DNA from: an uncultured Erysipelotrichaceae bacterium
GTDB taxonomy: Bacteria > Bacillota_I > Bacilli_A > RFN20 > CAG-826
Assembly (NCBI GenBank): GCA_900316365.1
Contig: ONCO01000005.1
Coordinates: 95,621-159,620, forward strand
Direction of reading: 5' to 3'
DNA: 64,000 nt
The notes beneath the pieces are model-generated. The model worked only from the letters and a program-made list of their open reading frames with translations. It was not told the origin of the DNA and made no database searches. The position numbers and the translations under genes are program-made. Below are positions 62,572 through 64,000 of the stretch, piece by piece. The first letter of the stretch is position 1, and the number at the start of each line of letters is the position of its first letter.

Positions 62572-64000
62572 TTACTTTAATTCGACGGACACTTTTCCCA
62601 TTCCCTTGACGTAAGGGATGCGTCTTCCATCGACCTTCTTTCCATCAATGTAGAGAGAAGGATTTTTCGCGGTGTTGTCGATATTTATGTCGTATGTATT
62701 GCCACGATAGACTCGTGTGATGTGGAGATGTTTGAATTCTTCCGGAAGATGCGGATCGACGAGCAAGCCATCGAAGTCCGGTCTGATGCCGAGGAGGTAT
62801 TCCTGAAGGGCGACGAGGGACCAAGTAGCGCTGCCGCTTAACCAAGAGTTCTTGGCCTGGCCATAGTTCTTGGCTTCGTGACCGGCGATCATCTGGCTAT
62901 AGACGTAAGGCTCGGTGTAATGGATCTCGCTTTCATCTTCGATGAAGGCTGGGGCGTTTCTCGTATAGAGGTCAAAGGCTTCTTTGCTTTCGCCTTCGAC
63001 GCAGTGGGCGATGACGACCCATGGGTTGTTGTGATTGAAGACAGCGCCATTTTCCTTATATCCCGGCGGATAGGAGGAGATTTCGCCTAATTCAACATGG
63101 TATTCGTGATAGCATGGGGCAAGAATCTCTAAGCCGTATTTGCAGCCGAGTTTTTCTTCGGCGCTCTTTAAGGCTTTCTTGCCATAGCCAAGCTCATGTC
63201 CGATGCCGGCCATGACGCAGAAGCCCTGAGGCTCGATATAGATCTGGCCTTCTTTGTTCTCGTGGGAACCGACTTTGTTGCCGCGGGCGTCATAAGCGCG
63301 GAGGAAGTATTCGCCATCCCATCCGTATTTGATGGTGGCTTCTTCGATCTTCTTTTTCTCTTCGAGGATGGCCTTTGCTTCATCATTTAGGCCGATATGT
63401 GTGCAAATCTCAGCGTATTCCTGGCTGTATTTGACGAACATGCCGGCGATGAAGACGGATTCGGCAACCTTGCCGTCACCCTTATTCTCGGTGGTCTGGA
63501 AGGATTCGCCCGGAGTTTCGCTGAAGCAGTTAAGATTCAAGCAGTCATTCCAGTCGGCCCTGCCGATAAGTGGAAGGCCATGAGGACCTTTGTGGTTGAT
63601 GGTGAAATTGACCGAGCGGCGGAGATGCTCCATAAGAGGTTTCTCGCTGCCGAGTTTGTTATCGAATGGGGTTGGATGATCCAAGATGGTGTAATCGCCG
63701 GTTTCCTTGATGTAGGCGGCAGTCGCACCGATAAGCCAAAGCGGATCGTCATTGAAGCCGCCGCCGATATCAGCGTTGCCCTTCTTGGTTAATGGCTGGT
63801 ATTGGTGGTAGGTGCTGCCATCTTCTTTCTGGATGGAGGCGATATCGATGATTCTCTGTCTCGCCTTCTCTGGAATCATATGGACGAAGCCAAGTAAGTC
63901 CTGGCAGGAATCACGGAAGCCCATGCCGCGACCGATGCCAGATTCGTAATAAGAAGCGCTTCTGGACATGCAGTAGGTGATGATGGACTGATACGGGTTC
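62572..64000 (-). CDS. GH94 glycoside phosphorylase (cellobiose/laminaribiose/chitobiose phosphorylase family), C-terminal ~475 aa; N-terminus lies beyond the window edge
   Basis: [20 protein letters not shown] is the hallmark of the GH94 catalytic domain. The frame stays open upstream of the annotated Met (..[14 protein letters not shown]) through nt 64000. Confidence 0.85.
   Translation of the reverse strand, partial: NPYQSIITYCMSRSASYYESGIGRGMGFRDSCQDLLGFVHMIPEKARQRIIDIASIQKEDGSTYHQYQPLTKKGNADIGGGFNDDPLWLIGATAAYIKETGDYTILDHPTPFDNKLGSEKPLMEHLRRSVNFTINHKGPHGLPLIGRADWNDCLNLNCFSETPGESFQTTENKGDGKVAESVFIAGMFVKYSQEYAEICTHIGLNDEAKAILEEKKKIEEATIKYGWDGEYFLRAYDARGNKVGSHENKEGQIYIEPQGFCVMAGIGHELGYGKKALKSAEEKLGCKYGLEILAPCYHEYHVELGEISSYPPGYKENGAVFNHNNPWVVIAHCVEGESKEAFDLYTRNAPAFIEDESEIHYTEPYVYSQMIAGHEAKNYGQAKNSWLSGSATWSLVALQEYLLGIRPDFDGLLVDPHLPEEFKHLHITRVYRGNTYDINIDNTAKNPSLYIDGKKVDGRRIPYVKGMGKVSVELK

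Overview
This 64-kb window looks like a Bacillota (Firmicutes)-type chromosome: the ECF transporter module ecfA1-ecfA2-ecfT-truA sits next to rplM-rpsI, lipobox lipoproteins are abundant, and GC content appears moderate (~48% by eye). The first ~34 kb is housekeeping: tsaE/tsaB-rimI/tsaD, asnS, pcrA-ligA-gatCAB, galE, mtnN, smpB, folC with a FolT-like S-component, dCMP deaminase, yebC, L13/S9. From ~34.5 kb it becomes accessory. A tRNA cluster (Ile-GAT, Val-CAC) carries a ~200-bp unit [tRNA-Val + truncated mini-tRNA-like helix + terminator] that is duplicated as direct repeats at 35.66-35.85 kb and 37.96-38.16 kb, bracketing an ECF sigma factor gene translationally coupled to an N-terminally membrane-anchored serpin. 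Immediately downstream are a LuxE-like acyl-protein synthetase / LuxC-like acyl-CoA reductase pair (a putative fatty-aldehyde generating module) and a membrane-anchored XRE-type regulator. Further on are rarA, tRNA-Leu(TAG), adenine deaminase and an AEC transporter. A beta-glucan utilisation locus follows: a domain-permuted GH3, a GH16 with four CBM-like modules (the middle two almost identical tandem copies), a LytTR two-component system, and a GH94 phosphorylase plus galM. A glpK / DUF1667 / FAD-oxidoreductase / GlpA-like glycerol operon lies in between. Other notable items are an orphan AbiEi-like gene inserted between yebC and rplM, an HEXXH (M6-like) metalloprotease lipoprotein, a Q/P/Y-rich membrane protein, and several unannotated C-tail-anchored micro-ORFs. 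No CRISPR array, integrase or transposase was seen. All family assignments come from motif recognition by eye and need HMM/BLAST confirmation.
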